A DNA stretch of 64,000 nt from Trichinella spiralis (GCF_000181795.1 NW_003526943.1:1793647-1857646), one strand, 5' to 3'. Positions 1-26,790 are shown, counted from the first letter of the stretch. The notes: generated by a model not told the origin, from the sequence alone. Translations and numbers: made by a program.

Positions 1-864
1 GCATTTAGAACATGTTTCAAATTTATGAATATTTCTTTCAGCAAATGCCGGCAGTATTTCAAATTCGTCTTTCCGCCAGTGTGGGGAAAGTTCATTATTA
101 CACAATCGAAAGGTACGCTGACGCGAGGTAGAAGCGTTTCCTGCAACCGTGTTCCATCGACCGCAAACAAAACTTCAACACCTATAATAATATTATTTAC
201 TGTCTTTATACAAAGATGGATGCTTAAAAATGGACAAACAAATAAAACATTCCTACCTCGATTGCGCAAATGGTTTATTATATTGCTATTTGAAGATTCG
301 GAGAATCTGGTCAACCATTGCTCTTCAGTTTCATAAACCGTTGAGATCAGTCGAAGAGAAGAATAATTTTCCTCCGTCTGTGCAGCAATCAGCGCTTTGG
401 AGAATGTCAAATTCCCATCACCCAAGATGAGAATTCGTTTACAAAGCAGCAACTGCTTGAACGGATCATCGCTTTGCATCTATTTGAAAATTACACTTTT
501 CAATAATTATTAATACAAGAAAAAACACGATCGAAATAAACAGAATCGACGACGACGACTTTTCATCACTTGCAAAAATTTCTCATCCATAAAGAAAAAA
601 GCATACTGATCTGAAGAGGTATCTTTTTTTTACTTGGCAAAAAATGATGAATATCAAAATTTCTGTAAAACATTTTGCCATCTATAATATCAAAATTATA
701 AAATGATAGCACCAAACGAAAAATTGACAGTGGCAATAATTTTCTAAAGCAAAACAAAAAGAGCACCGTAGAATCAACAATCTAGTAGTCAGTCACTACA
801 CACACGAACAACTACAGTGTGTAAACAAGCGAAGAGTTGAAGCGTATGGATTTTGTGTTTTTGG

Positions 865-2198
865 TCAATAGCCACCGGTTTTGTATTCTTGTCGCTTCTT
901 CTTGTCAATCCAGCAGCAAAGAAGCATAGAAAATAGCATCCCGATAAGCTGAAAGAGAAGAAATCAAACAAAATCGAATCACACATCGCGGATGATGTTC
1001 AAATGAAAGAATAAGCTGCTGCTGAAAGTGAAAGTAAAAAAAATAAAAGTAAACATACTTGAAAACAGCCGATGCCAACCGCCAGTCCGATGACGAGGTC
1101 CAAATTTTGGTAAAATTTTCCATAGACCGCAGGTAAGCAGCCCTTGAATGCAGAAAAAGGAAGTAAATGAATGTAAAAAGAAATATTGAACACTAACCAG
1201 AAGGGACCAGAAGAACTAACCTGCGTATTCAAATATGGCTCGTAGGTGAACAGTGGTTGCTTGTCATAAGTTACACCACAGTTGACGTCGTGTTCACGCA
1301 AGCCGAGATCGCTGCAACAAGACAACGGAACCCTACCCACGTTACCGGCACCGACGCCGAGTTCCGGGAGATCTTCAGCTTTGGTGGAATAATACGACTG
1401 GAGCCAGTCGGTATATGATTTCACACCGCAGCATTTCAGCTTTAACAACAACAATCAAAAAATAAAAAAATTCTGTTTTTTTTTTTGATTACTTACCCCA
1501 CGTTGAATGGTATCGAAAGTTTCGGTGTAGGGATTGTTTCGACCATAATGACTCAACACTGTCTCGTACATGCTCTTCTCGATGTACTGTTTAACCTGAT
1601 TTAAAAGAAATATTATTCCGCAAAGTGAATTCATTCATCCACTGTACAAAACTTAACAAACAACAACAAAAGATTAAACAAGTGATAGAGAAATAAGTGA
1701 AATGCAAAAAATACCTGCTCTTGATGTGTGTAAGCCAAAATGCCGCAGGTCAGCTCTGCGCAAAAGACAATGACTAATAAAATAAAAAACTAGAAAAAAA
1801 AGAAAAACATGAAAACAAACAAAAATTTAAATAAAACAAATTGACAGAAAAATATGCGAACCGCAATTAACAAGCACTTGGATTTGCGGAGAGCGCCGCA
1901 GCAGCCCATGAAACCAAGCAGCGACATGACAACACCAACTGCCAGTAGAATGTAGACAGTGACATAGAATTCTTGCAGTCGCGCATCCAACTCGATCATG
2001 TGCTGCGCAACATCACGATCCAGCAAAAGCCAAATCGATACGACAAGTACTGCCATACCAGCCAGCTTAACATTTTCAGACAAATCTTTATGGTGGTGAT
2101 TAAAGAAATATTTAAAAAAAATCGTTTTTTACCCAAAATAAAAAATTCATAATGAACACAATCCATCGCAAGATGTTCATACAGCTGGATTTGGCCAT
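865..2198 (-). CDS. Tetraspanin (multi-exon)
   Basis: Spliced reading MAKSSCMNILRWIVFIMNFLFW / LAGMAVLVVSIWLL...GFMGCCGALRKSKCLL / ...LKCCGVKSYTDW...VPLSCC / GCLPAVY...IGLAVGIGCFQ / LIGMLFSMLLCCWIDKKKRQEYKTGGY*. Four hydrophobic segments plus the CCG and PxSCC motifs of the large extracellular loop; GT-AG introns. Confidence 0.93.
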
Positions 2199-2744
2199 CT
2201 TGCCTGTACTGTGGCCCTGTTTGTTCAATTATTACAGAATAATAAAAATTCGCAGATGCACATGGGCAAAATGAAAATGTACATCCATCCACATGGAGGA
2301 TTGGAACCTTTGGTACGTATGATAAAAACAACAAACGCACAAATATTATCGCTTGTTTCTTGAAGGCAATTATTTATTTAGTTATTTTAATAATTAATCG
2401 GGTAAAACAAAAGTAATTAATTCCAAAAGCTGCTCTGACTTCAAACTGTAAGCACACGCGTATGTCGGTCGATGACGTGATAAGAGTAAAGTTCTCACGT
2501 ACACAATATTATAGACAGAAAAAAACAAACAAGAGAAGAAGAAGAAGAAAAAGGAACAAAGAACAAAAAAAATCACATTTAAATAAGCATACAATCGGAT
2601 GGATTTAAAGTTTCAAAAGCTTGTCAACAACAATACCAGTGTTGTGAATCAAGCTAAATAGTTTACAGAAGCTTCTCGTCAAAAAAAGCAAGCACATGCA
2701 CAACACATACACGTATCATAATATATATTTATATATATGCATGT

Positions 2745-15987
<13,243 letters not shown>

Positions 15988-16930
15988 GTTCAAGCTTTCA
16001 TCAATCAAAGTATTTAATCTTTATAAAAGCTTATTTCATTAAAATAAAATCATCCATTCTTCATAATACATCATTTTCAATAAGCTGTGAGCAATTATCA
16101 GCAAAAATGCTTTCCTCCCGAATAATAAACTCATGGAAGTGTACTGTAAAAAGAATACTGTAATTATAAACAAGATTAAAATTAAAGCAGAACCACTTTT
16201 AATAAATGTTTACTTATTTTTTCAATAAATTTTAGTCTTTATAAATTTGCATAAAATGTTCTAAAATATTTAAGCAATCAATAAATTGCACTGTTCTGAA
16301 AATGAAATTATTGATGAATATTACAATAAAAATACTAAGCTGGGTTTCAACTAGCTTCGGTTTGAAAATCTGTCATACCAAGAATTTAAGCTAAATTCTT
16401 ATTTAACGCTAAAAAATATTCAACTCTGACACATTACAACGTAAAAATGCAAATAAATTTATCGTTAATCAAATTTCTAAAACATTTTACACTTAAATCC
16501 GTTTCTTCCATTCATTCTGATTCAGTATTATGACGAATTCGATTTGTCTTGTACAGATTGTATGTACAGATGCTTTCTGCACATAACTTTATCAGATATT
16601 TCAAATTTTTTCTTTAAAATTATTAAGCACATTTATCATTTCAAAACAGTATTATATATAAAAACAGAAAACAGCGCGACTTCAAGTAAAAAAACATCAA
16701 CGTCCGTAAAAACATCAATGCAATGTAACGTTTACATATTAAATCTTTTCAGTGGGTCTCAATGATGTTAGACGTTGAAAATGATTTGTCGTGGCAAAAC
16801 TGTTGCCATTTATTCAGATAAATGAATTCAAAATTTAAACAAAAATATTTCAACATTTTTGACACTGTAACAAGTTCCATACAATAAATAATGAGCATCA
16901 TGTTACACTGTTTGATAAGCAGTTTCTGAT

Positions 16931-18053
16931 TTAAGATGCGTTGGGAAGGTGTACTTTAACAAGTCGCAAACGACGTTTCTGAAGTTCCAACTGTAGTGAC
17001 TCCTCGTTTTCCACTGCGCGTTGATTTCCAACTTCCGGATAAAATCCTGCCATTTCCAAATTTTCCAACTCAAATCCCCAAAGTTGGTAGAAATGCATTC
17101 TGTTCAAGAACAGCTTGTTCTTCACGTATGCTTCATTGAGTGGGATCTTCTGAAACCCGTTGCTGCAAAAAAAGCAACAATAAAAATAAAAATATGACCT
17201 CGATATAAATAAATACCCATTGTCGAAAGGATGTACACCATCTAGCACAGTCATGATGCTGTAAGTGGCCTTAGGAATATAAACATTGTCAACCATTCTC
17301 TGGCAGTGTGGCCAACGGGCAATATCAACAATGTTTCCACGTAAAAAACTGCGAAATCCTTTTGATTTTTTTTTCATACCACCGCCGTAAACCTAAATAT
17401 TTACTTTTACAAAATTTACAAAAGCACTTTTAATATTAGAATTTTTTCATGCTTTTTACGAATCTGTTTTACAGAGATTTGCAGCATATAATATTAAAAG
17501 TTGTGTTTCAAGACCAAAAATAGTCAGCATCTTTAAAACATTACGAGAGAAACAACTTAATTAAATAAAATAACAAGAAAACAACGTAGCAACTTTAAAC
17601 TCATTAACATCATTCATAAGATAATGATAATGACAGCCACTTATACTCCTATGAAAAAATCATAAAAAACAAAGAAAAGGAAAATAAAAATACTTCATTT
17701 TCAAGAAAACTACCAAATGTTGAACGAAGGCAGTAAGTTGCATCATTTGAACAAGTAAAGCAACTTTTCTGAGAATTCCTTGTTGAAGTAGGCATACGTT
17801 GAAAATCAGAAAAAAAGTCATCTTCAGTAAATATGCTAGAGACTTCAACATCAATTGGCGATTTTTCTTCCGTGAGCTTTTCCAAGTTGCTTATTTTAAT
17901 AACGTCAATGCTTTGAGAGTAAGTTTGTGAAATGCGTTCGCATTTCTCTTGAATTTTCATTAAATTGAACCTAAATCGTCTAAACGAGCGACAAAATTTC
18001 AGTCCAATGTCACATGCATTTTCGTTATTCCTTTGCCGTTTTCGTTCGGACAT
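16931..18053 (-). CDS. Hypothetical protein (multi-exon, exon structure unresolved)
   Basis: Two coding-like ORFs (MSERKRQR...CFTCSNDATYC; ...GNIVDIARWPHCQRMVDNVYIP...KVHLPNAS*) flanked by plausible splice sites. No family recognised. Confidence 0.55.
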
Positions 18054-18681
18054 TATCAATTATCACGCCGAATACTGAATGCAGAAAGTGCAGCAACGCA
18101 TAATATAATTACTGAAATATTTTGAAAATTAACTGAGTTAAAAATATGTAAAAATTAACCATAAAACAGTAACAATATTTTAATACAATTGTTCATCACT
18201 ACCACCATTTGAAAGTAACTACAGTAACAAAAATAATCACGTTTGAATAAATAATAATTTTGGAAAAATAAAAGTTATAGATAAAGTAAAACATAAATTT
18301 ATCTTTAAGAAAGACAATAAATTTATTAATATCTATTGAATAATGATAAATAATTGAAATGAGAGCGTCATCGCGCTGAATGTAGAGCGCAGTGTTACAT
18401 ATTCCAATCGAATATATAAAACCTGAGTATCAATAATCGACAGTAAAAGATATACTTTTTAGAAAAAGTGGTTGCAACCGTGATAGTTGACCAATCAAAA
18501 GGAGGTCAAGGTCGAAATGGAGAAAATAGCGCTTGGGTGACTGACAAAAGCTAACCATAACACGGGGTGTTACAACAGCAAATGGGGAGGGCAAATTGCA
18601 CAGTGAGTAACGAGAAAATGACTTACACTGAACGAATGCACAGAAGCGCTTTATATATATTATGACATAATTACAATATGT

Positions 18682-18720
18682 CAGTGATTCCCAAAATGTG
18701 GGTGGCGACTCACTGACCAC
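18682..18720 (+). mobile_element. Isolated hAT (Buster/Charlie-like) terminal sequence
   Basis: CAGTGATTCCCAAAATGTGGGTGGCGACTCAC resembles both ends of the 27102-27848 element (CAGTGGTTCTCAAA...GGGTTGCGACCCAC). No partner end found. Confidence 0.45.
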
Positions 18721-18769
18721 ACGGTAACGCTTCCATATGTGATGTTCTAGAAGCAAATTGTTGCACGCG

Positions 18770-18925
18770 AGAAATCACCGTCGGTTAAAAATATTGGTCT
18801 TACAAATGAACTGTCATATTCAAATATATGTCTGAGTTGGTAGGACAGCACTCAGTGGAGCTGACCATCGATATCATAATATGAGCACTTTGAGAAAAAA
18901 CTTCATTACAAAGGCAGACTTATTT
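18770..18925 (+). repeat. Dispersed repeat, copy 1 (diverged copy at ~26620-26790)
   Basis: GAACTGTCATATTCAAATATATGTCTGAGTTGGTAGGACA...AAAAACTTCATTACAAAG aligns with GAACTGTCCAGTTAAAATATATATCTGAGTTGGTTGGACA...AAAAATTTCATTACAAAAG. Confidence 0.7.
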
Positions 18926-18951
18926 TGTTCATAGATTCAAAACTTTATATA

Positions 18952-19655
18952 CAGGCGCAACGCGCTTAATGCTATTGGTTCGTTCCTGAAAAAAGAGCGT
19001 TAAACGAAACAGCGTTGAAAGGGGGCCTTATAGCATGCGTTTATTTGAAATGTTTGTGAAAATGTTTACATACTTTATTGCTCATATTAATCATTGTGAT
19101 GGTAGACCAGCCTTGATTCCTAAACCTTAGGTTTCTTGGTGATGAAACTATCAAGTGTAAACTGTCTCTCCTTACGTTTTTTCTAATGTAGAATTTCCTG
19201 ATAACAAAATATCATTTCAAGAAAATTTCGTCTTGCTCTGGAGCTCCGCTCATAAATGGTCTATGAACTGTTCCATAATTTGTGCAATGGTGGTGATGCT
19301 GTTAGAGTTCTCACAATTATATCCCCTTTTGAATTAACGACTGTCGTTTTATTAACAGTGCATAATTCTGTCAGTTGTTTCAAGTCATCATTGCTAAGAC
19401 CCTCGTTTTGAGATAATAAAAGATAAGAGCGCAACAAAAATATATATGCGAATATATGAAATCTTAAAGAATCCAAACCAGTTATCGTCAATGATTAATA
19501 GTATGTATTCAGTAGCTCAAACAACATGATATAATAAAATCATTTCAGTGCTGCTAAAAATATGTAGCCAAATTTCTCACTTTAAGAAAAAAAGACTTAC
19601 GTGCATGTCAAAAAAATAGCGTTATTGCGACACGGCGTTGAGGGGGGTATTCTTG
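18952..19655 (-). mobile_element. Degenerate, internally deleted Tigger/pogo-like DNA transposon
   Basis: Left end TA|CAGGCGCAACGCGCTTAA...GTTCGTTCCTGAAAA is Tigger-like. The subterminal motif AAAAAAnAGCGTTA...GCGTTGA..GGGGG occurs near both ends. The minus strand gives a disrupted Tigger-type transposase C-terminus (GLSNDDLKQL...RTLT; YERSSRARRNFLEMIFCYQEILH*KKRK...QFTLDSF). Right end approximate. Confidence 0.65.
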
Positions 19656-20650
19656 CATTCAAAAATTCAAAATCACTGTCACGCTGTATTCGATGAAAAT
19701 GGCTTTGATGTGGGAAATATTCTGGATGTTGAACTTTACAGTTCCCTTATTGAATTTCCACTTTTAGAAAAGCTCTTAGCGTGTGTAATGATTCGTCTTA
19801 CTGCTCCTGGCTTCGTGAAAACATTCTGGCGTATCTTCGATAGGGATATTCCAGAGAAAGAATACCCTTTCTCATATTTCAACCAGGCAGAGGATCACGC
19901 GCACAGCCGTATCCCACCAATGTCGTTATGAACAATTTTCCTATATCAGGTTCCTTTCCATTGGAGTGATTCTCAATTGGAATCGATATTGTTTTTATTT
20001 ATTGTTAAAATATTTATTATTGACATTCTTTTAATAAAATTTGTCATTTTTTAATTGTTTAACATATTTTTTCTGCCATTTATTACAAATTAGATAGAAT
20101 AATGACAATTAATGGTAGAATTACTGCACTTAATTACTTTTTGTAAATACTGTTGTATCAGTATTATTTATATTGCTTCTCAAGAAAATCTACCTCATAT
20201 TATTTATTTTGCAATTATTTAGCAGTTATGGCTACTTTTATTCATATTTCAAGCAAAATTAAATGAAAAGTTGCAGGTAATGATACAATAATAACTCAAT
20301 TATTAATAATGATACCAGAAATCATTTAGTTTTAAAATTTTACTTGAATTTGAATTTAAATCAGTTGAACTAAAAATGCTCACTGTTATATTACATAAAT
20401 GCTTTTTCAATTATGAAAGATTAATATTTTTATAAAAACTGAAATAAAGAAAATATTTGCTTCATTATTATGAATCATTTATGTAAGTGACTGATTTGAC
20501 GTTAGATGAAAATTTTACATAGAAATAGACCAAACGATTTGTTAAAATAAGTTTTCATTCAGGATTCATTTATTCATTTAACAAAGAATCATAATCAAAC
20601 TGTCATCAGATTTTCCTCCTTTTTTAATATAATGATGTTTACTTCACGCT

Positions 20651-21751
20651 TTATTTTTCACTGCTAAGATCTCTGATAAAACTCATCATATCTGAAATAA
20701 AAATGAAAATCATTCAATAGTTGGGAAATAATCTGAAAAAATATTTCTACGAACCGTTGAATTCGATCTTTTCTTCAATATTACGACTTTTTATTGTAGC
20801 TTCATGGTTGCTAATAAATGTGGAACCGTCGACTTTTCTTGTCCAGTTGTACTGCTTGCACAGATTTTCAAAATCACTATCTAAACATGAAATTTAATGT
20901 ATAGAAACAGAATTCACAGATTACAGATATCGCTGAATTGAATATATACCGTTTACATCGCCCAACAGTTGCTGCAACAGCTGCGTGTCAATATTCTGAT
21001 AAGTGATGCTTACCACATGGGCAACGACTGAAAACGATTCAATTTGAAAGCAATCAAAAGTAAATAAATGAAACAAGAAAAAAGCAGAAAATAAATGGCA
21101 CACAATGTCGAACGTGCTCTTCGAAACCGATCGCCAGATCAACCAAATCAGCTTCTTTTCGAATCAATTGCTGCAGATCAAATAAGCACAAATTTCAATT
21201 AAAAATAAATAAAATAATCATCACAGCAATTCAGTTGACTTCTTTTACCCAAGCTTCTTTGAATCTGCACGTTTCCAACAGCGCAGAAATGTCACAAATG
21301 GTTTTCAAACATTCTGATTCCATCTGAAATATTTAAATTTGATGATTGAAAAATGAATAAATAATAATAATTCGAAAAAATGCAAATCATCAACACAAAC
21401 TCGATACTCATCTAGAAGACACTTCGCTAATACCATGTCAGCGGACGGCAGTGCCATAACGCATTTCAAAAATATTCTGCACACAATCCTTTCGTTGTAC
21501 AAGTTGGGATTCAGCTGGTACAACTTTAGCAACGTTAAATTGGCTTCCATGTCGACACCCTGCTTGTCGCATTGTTCACGAACATACTTTTCCAAAAATT
21601 CAACATTATCCGGATTATACCTGCATGAAAACAGATTTCAAATTCAACGTCACATGCTGCTTTTTGCACGTCTGCAAACTATGCAAATAAAACAGACCTA
21701 CCTGTTCACTCCATCGCAACGTTCTAAAAATTGTTGTCGGTATTTTTCCAT
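20651..21751 (-). CDS. eif-3.K: Eukaryotic translation initiation factor 3 subunit K (multi-exon)
   Basis: MEKYRQQFLERCDGVNR / YNPDNVEFLEKYV...DMEANLTLLKLYQLNP...KCVMALPSADMVLAKCLL / ...LLETCRFKEAW / ...VAHVVSITYQNI / ...IKSRNIEEKIEF: typical eIF3k PCI-like sequence. Confidence 0.93.
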
Positions 21752-22000
21752 TTCAACAAAACCCTGCAACTACTTTATTCATCACTTGAGAATGAGATGA
21801 ATTTAATGCAAAGAAAACTGCAACATATTTGGAAAGTATTAAAATTGCGGATTTCAAACAACAACGCAATGAAATGCATACAAACGACACGAATGAATGT
21901 GGAATTTATTCCAAAAAATCAACAACACATCTTCATCCCACCCAAAACAACAATAAAAACGCGGAACCATAAGGGAAATTTTTTTAAAATACTTTTTCAT

Positions 22001-25000
22001 TCAGAATGGAGAAATTTACGCATCGATGATGGCAGCAGGCTGTGAAGCAGATTGTTGAACATTTTCATCACCTCTGGCAAAGTGGTGTCCAAATTGCGAC
22101 CAAGCCAAACATGCTGAAATCGACTTTTAATTTCTAATAATCTGAAAAAGCAGCACACACTTGGATAATGTTCGTCGCACTCGACACTTTACCCAAAAGA
22201 AAAGGAACAAGAAGGTAAACCTACCTGTTGGCTAAATCGGTCCGAGCAGTTGGCGATAAATTGGATATACCGACGTTGATCATCTGGCAACCGTATGCAG
22301 GCGAAGGATTTGTGCCAAGCATGCACAAAGATTGACCAATTCTAAAAATAAAAGATAGTAAATAATGAAAAATAAAAAAGAAGAAAATACCTGCAAGCGA
22401 GAATTGTCAAATCAAGCACAACTTCCATTTCCAACAAGGCCAACGTTTGATCGTTGTTGAAATCGCAGTGTCTTTTCAAATTCTCCAATCCATCTAACGA
22501 CGCTTGTAATTCAATTCGAGCTTTCTATTAAAAATAAACATATAAATATGAATAAAAATGGAACCCATTTTTTTATCAAAAAAAAGCTACTTTGAAACTC
22601 CTAAAAGAGACGTTGTCCAAATCCAGAGAGTCGGCGTTCAATAAAATTTGCACAATAGCCGACACTGGTGCTGCCCTCGAAGACAGCGGTGACAACGCCC
22701 GTTCGACCTTGCCCACAGCCAGTGCTGCGTGGAACAGCGGCGCAAGCTCGGTCGAACCGAGAAATGCGTGGGCGGTGATGTCCGTCAGTTGGTCCGGCGT
22801 TCGTCGCTGGCGACAGTTCCAGGCTAGACCCAGGAAATAGGTGGTCGGCAGGTAGCGCAACGCCGGCGCCACGGCTGAGCAGCCAATGGCGCAGCCGGAC
22901 CAATCGCAGACGACCAGGCCAACGCAGTTTTGCGCGGTGTTGAAGGCGCTGCAGACGAGCTCACCGTCGGTCGTCATGCTGCCGATGCTGTCGGCGACGA
23001 AGCCCGGCTCGCCAGCACTCAGGCACAAACAGACCGAGTGGTCGAGCAAACCGACCGCCGCCCGCTTCTGGTCCGTGTCCATCAGTGGTTTGTCCAACAT
23101 CAGCACACAGTGCAGCGGTAGCTGGTGGACTTTTTCCAAATCGGCTTGCTCGCCCACGGACCAGAAAATGCGTCTGAATTTTTCGAAAAACCACTGCCAG
23201 TTGGACAACCCTTTCGACAGCATCCAACGACACAAATTCGACCCAACGTGAACACTGTCGCTAGCTTTAAACGATAAAAAAAACAACTGTTCAAAATTCA
23301 ATTCAAATTATAAATTCTCACTGCTGAATAATGAAGAGAATTGACTGAGCATCACCGTACACCGGTGGTGACCAATTTCTTCGCAGTTCACTTCCAAACT
23401 AGGTACCAAGTGGAAATCTGCGAACGTCTGACCGCAGGCTGTCTGCAGGCGGAACAGTTCTGCCGACGTGTACGGTAAAGTGAGGTTGGAATCTTGGACA
23501 CGCCATTCGAAGTGAACCATCAGCACGTTGAGTTTAAGCCAGCTGACCAGCCGAGAGGCGGTATCGTGGAGTGTCTGGACCGTCGGGACGCGACACCCGG
23601 CCAAGTCGAACAGCACCGCCCGGACAGGCCGACTGGGGAAATCGTCAACGCACAAGCGAGGCAGTGACCAGGGCGATGGAATCTCGATCCTCGTCGTCCT
23701 GACGAACAGTTGCGCCAGTGTGCGCAAGCCGGCATTGAAGCCGGCCAGGTCGGAACTGATCAGTTCGATCGGGCGACGCCCGCCGACTTTGAGACGGTAA
23801 CTTTCGCAGCGTCGGAACCGGCCGGCGTAGACGCCGCACACCAAAGCCGACGCCTCGAACGGAAACTGACCATTGAACACTGCCTGCTGGAAATGCACCT
23901 GGAAACCGCAACTCTCGAACAACGGCACCAACTTCTGCCACTGGTCAACCAGTGGACCGTGGCCGACTTCGCTGGACGAATAGAAGTACACGTTCAACTG
24001 GAGCTGTTGCGAGCCGTGATTGGTCGAATCCTCGGGCAAACAACAACAAGAACAACCGTCTGATTCGTCCAAACGGACTCTCGTCAGCTGCGGTTCCGGC
24101 CACACGTTGGACAACAGTTTCCAAGCCGCCGACTGTATTCGACGGCTTTGTTCATCATGCGGCTCGTCCGGCACAACATCGCCCGACTCGTCAACTGCCC
24201 AATCACACGACCCACGCCCGTTCACCACGGCCATTCCATTCTCCACAACCTCGAACAACCAAACAATATTCACAAGCGGAATAATTTTTATTTTCAATTT
24301 GCATTTACAATTTGCCCCTCGGCTTCGGGAGATGAAGCAGCAAATTGATGCTCCGACGATGGCAGCTGGTCAGCGTTGTCAACGTCGTCGTCGTCGAGGC
24401 TGTTGAACGATGAAAACAAATCCCGCTGCTCGCTAACTGTAGAATTTGATCGACGACAATCCAAACCAGCGTTGTTCTTTATGCTCAGGTCGGCTTTGAA
24501 GTCGAGCAAACATTGAACAATTTCCGGCTCATCCCTCGACAGTGCCAAATGCAATGCCGTATCACCAGATGCGTTTTGTGCGTTTACAGAAAAGCCATAT
24601 TCGCAAAGATACCTTGATGGATTTTTAAAAAATAGCATTTTTTACAAGAATAACACAAAACAGAATATTTCCCCTAATATTTATTGTTCTGCTCGAATGA
24701 AGCACGAAATCTCACCTGACAACATCAACGTTGGAATGCAAAGCGGCCCAGTGAACAGCTTGATTTTTGCTCGTCTCATTGTCGACTACATTCAACGGGA
24801 TACCAGCGCTCAACAGTTGCGAAATTCGATTCAACCCAAAACAGAAATATGAAAAAATAGCTTCCAAATAAAATTAATTTTTCCCTTTGTAAAATCATTT
24901 GAAATTTAAAAATTAAACGACTGAAAAAAACATTTCGCCGGGTGAAAATTCTAACTTACTTGGATTGAGCAATCATTTCGAAAAAATATTGAAAATAAAC

Positions 25001-25705
25001 ACATTTCACTTCTTTTGATTGAGCAGTATCAAAAGCTGAAAACCCTTCTTCGTTCAAAACCGACGGATCAGCTCCTTCACTGAGCAAAACACGAACCGCA
25101 TCAATCCTCTCCAGCTGAAAGTAAACATCGATTCAATTCATTCATTAGCACATCACAAATAAATAAATATAACCTTCGTAGCATAATGCAAAAGCGTACC
25201 ATATGGAGCAACCACTTTATTCAAAACTGCATGCCTAACATCAACTGACTCTGCACGTATGGAAAATTCCATTTATCGTATAATCAACATAACTACATAC
25301 TAATATTTGCACAACTCGTACCACTGCACACCAACAGTTTAGAAGTAATTGAGAGATTTGAAATCAAACATTCTCAGTAAAAGCTAATTTAGTCATTTTC
25401 AAATGAACATTGAAAACTAAACTAAACTGATTCCCATAAAATTTTCTGTCATCAAATCAAATTATCATTAAATGAAGATCTTCAAAAAATAAATTTTTAA
25501 AACAAAGCATAACTTTCACTGATCTTCAAAAAAATGTGATCATTTTTACGGAACTCGACTTTTATAACTTAACACTTTACAAATCCAATAAATCACATCT
25601 TAGTTGAAAATTACAATTACCGTCAACTTCAACAGCACATCGCAGATCATCAATGCAGTTATTTTCAATGTAATATTCTAAATACGTATTCGACGTCTTG
25701 CTCAT
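22001..25705 (-). CDS. Ankyrin-repeat + GH20 beta-hexosaminidase-like fusion protein (multi-exon)
   Basis: N-terminal ankyrin repeats (GTLLHYA; NQAVHWAA; GDTALHLAL). These are followed by GH20 domain-2/TIM-barrel-like motifs: ESYRLKV...IELISSDLAGFNAGLRTLAQL...VDDFPSRPVRAVLFDLAGCRVPT...LKLNVLMVHFE...YTSAEL...LVPSLE...VHVG, then a helical C-terminus FQHVWLGRN...*. Confidence 0.8.
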
Positions 25706-26619
25706 TGCTGCAAAGCCTGCAATATGAATAAACAAGTAGAAATATGAAATTCAACTGTGCATTCATTCACAAACATGTACTAATACTGAAATATCAAGAC
25801 TATATACTAATGCAAAAAACAGATGTAAAACTTAAAAAATGCGATGTTTCGAAAAACATTTTGTTTAAGTAGAATATAAACCTGAACTTGCCGAAACTTC
25901 TGCAACATGCATATTCATACTGTAGAAATTAAAAAAAATAAAGTTTAACATTGAAAACAAAAATTAAATAAAAATGGAAAATGAAACTACACTAGTAGAT
26001 AATGTTACGAAAATACACTGATAAGCATAAATAAACAATGAACAAATTAACTGAAATAAATTAAGTTTAATTATTCTGATAGCACATAAATTGAGGCATA
26101 TTCGGGGCAGATAAAGAACTCTAGGATCCTATGAAAATAATTTTTTGGATAGTGAAATATTTTCTGTTTTATTTCATAACATCCCGTTAGACCACCCTGA
26201 TGACTAACGCTGCTTCAGTTTTGTCATTTTAGTATGTTTATGACGGATTATTGATTTACGCTGCTAAATATTTTCGTTCATGCCGTTGTTTTTGCAATAT
26301 CAGTGTGAATAAAAGAGTTATTCGGCAGTAAAAAAAGAAACAGTACAAAGTAATTAATTAGTGTATGCAAAAATAAATACATTAGCAATAAAATTAAAGC
26401 AAGTAACATTCACATTGTAAATAACATGCGCTGGCATGTCAGGATACTATTTTACAGAAAATTTTTTACAGCAGACGTCACGGAAGGCGTAACATACTGC
26501 CATTGTGAGGCATAGAAAAGCGTATTTTATATACTGGAGCTCAATTCCCATATAATAACGCTTTATAACGCTCGATTCCTATATAATGAAAAACTTTTAA
26601 TGTAATTTATGGAATGAGA

Positions 26620-26790
26620 TAAAATAACTGTCAGTTAAACATACTGACATTGGGAAAGAACTGTCCAGTTAAAATATATATCTGAGTTGGTTGGACAATA
26701 CCGAGTGATGGAAATCATGTGCATCCTAATCTGAGTATTAATGTCTTTCCAATTTTGTGAAAAAATTTCATTACAAAAGAAAAAGCTGAC
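26620..26790 (+). repeat. Dispersed repeat, copy 2 (copy 1 at ~18770-18925)
   Basis: Direct similarity to 18770-18925. Confidence 0.7.

Noticed and set aside
25..505. Possible 3' exons of a + strand gene at the window start
   Set aside because: Splice-like sites are present, but I found no consistent reading frame or recognisable motif.
19638..19931. 97-aa + strand ORF
   Set aside because: Non-ATG start, overlaps the end of the Tigger relic, no recognisable domain or splice context.
22592..24406. Plus-strand and alternative-frame ORFs over the GH20-like exons
   Set aside because: Shadow ORFs of GC-rich minus-strand exons.
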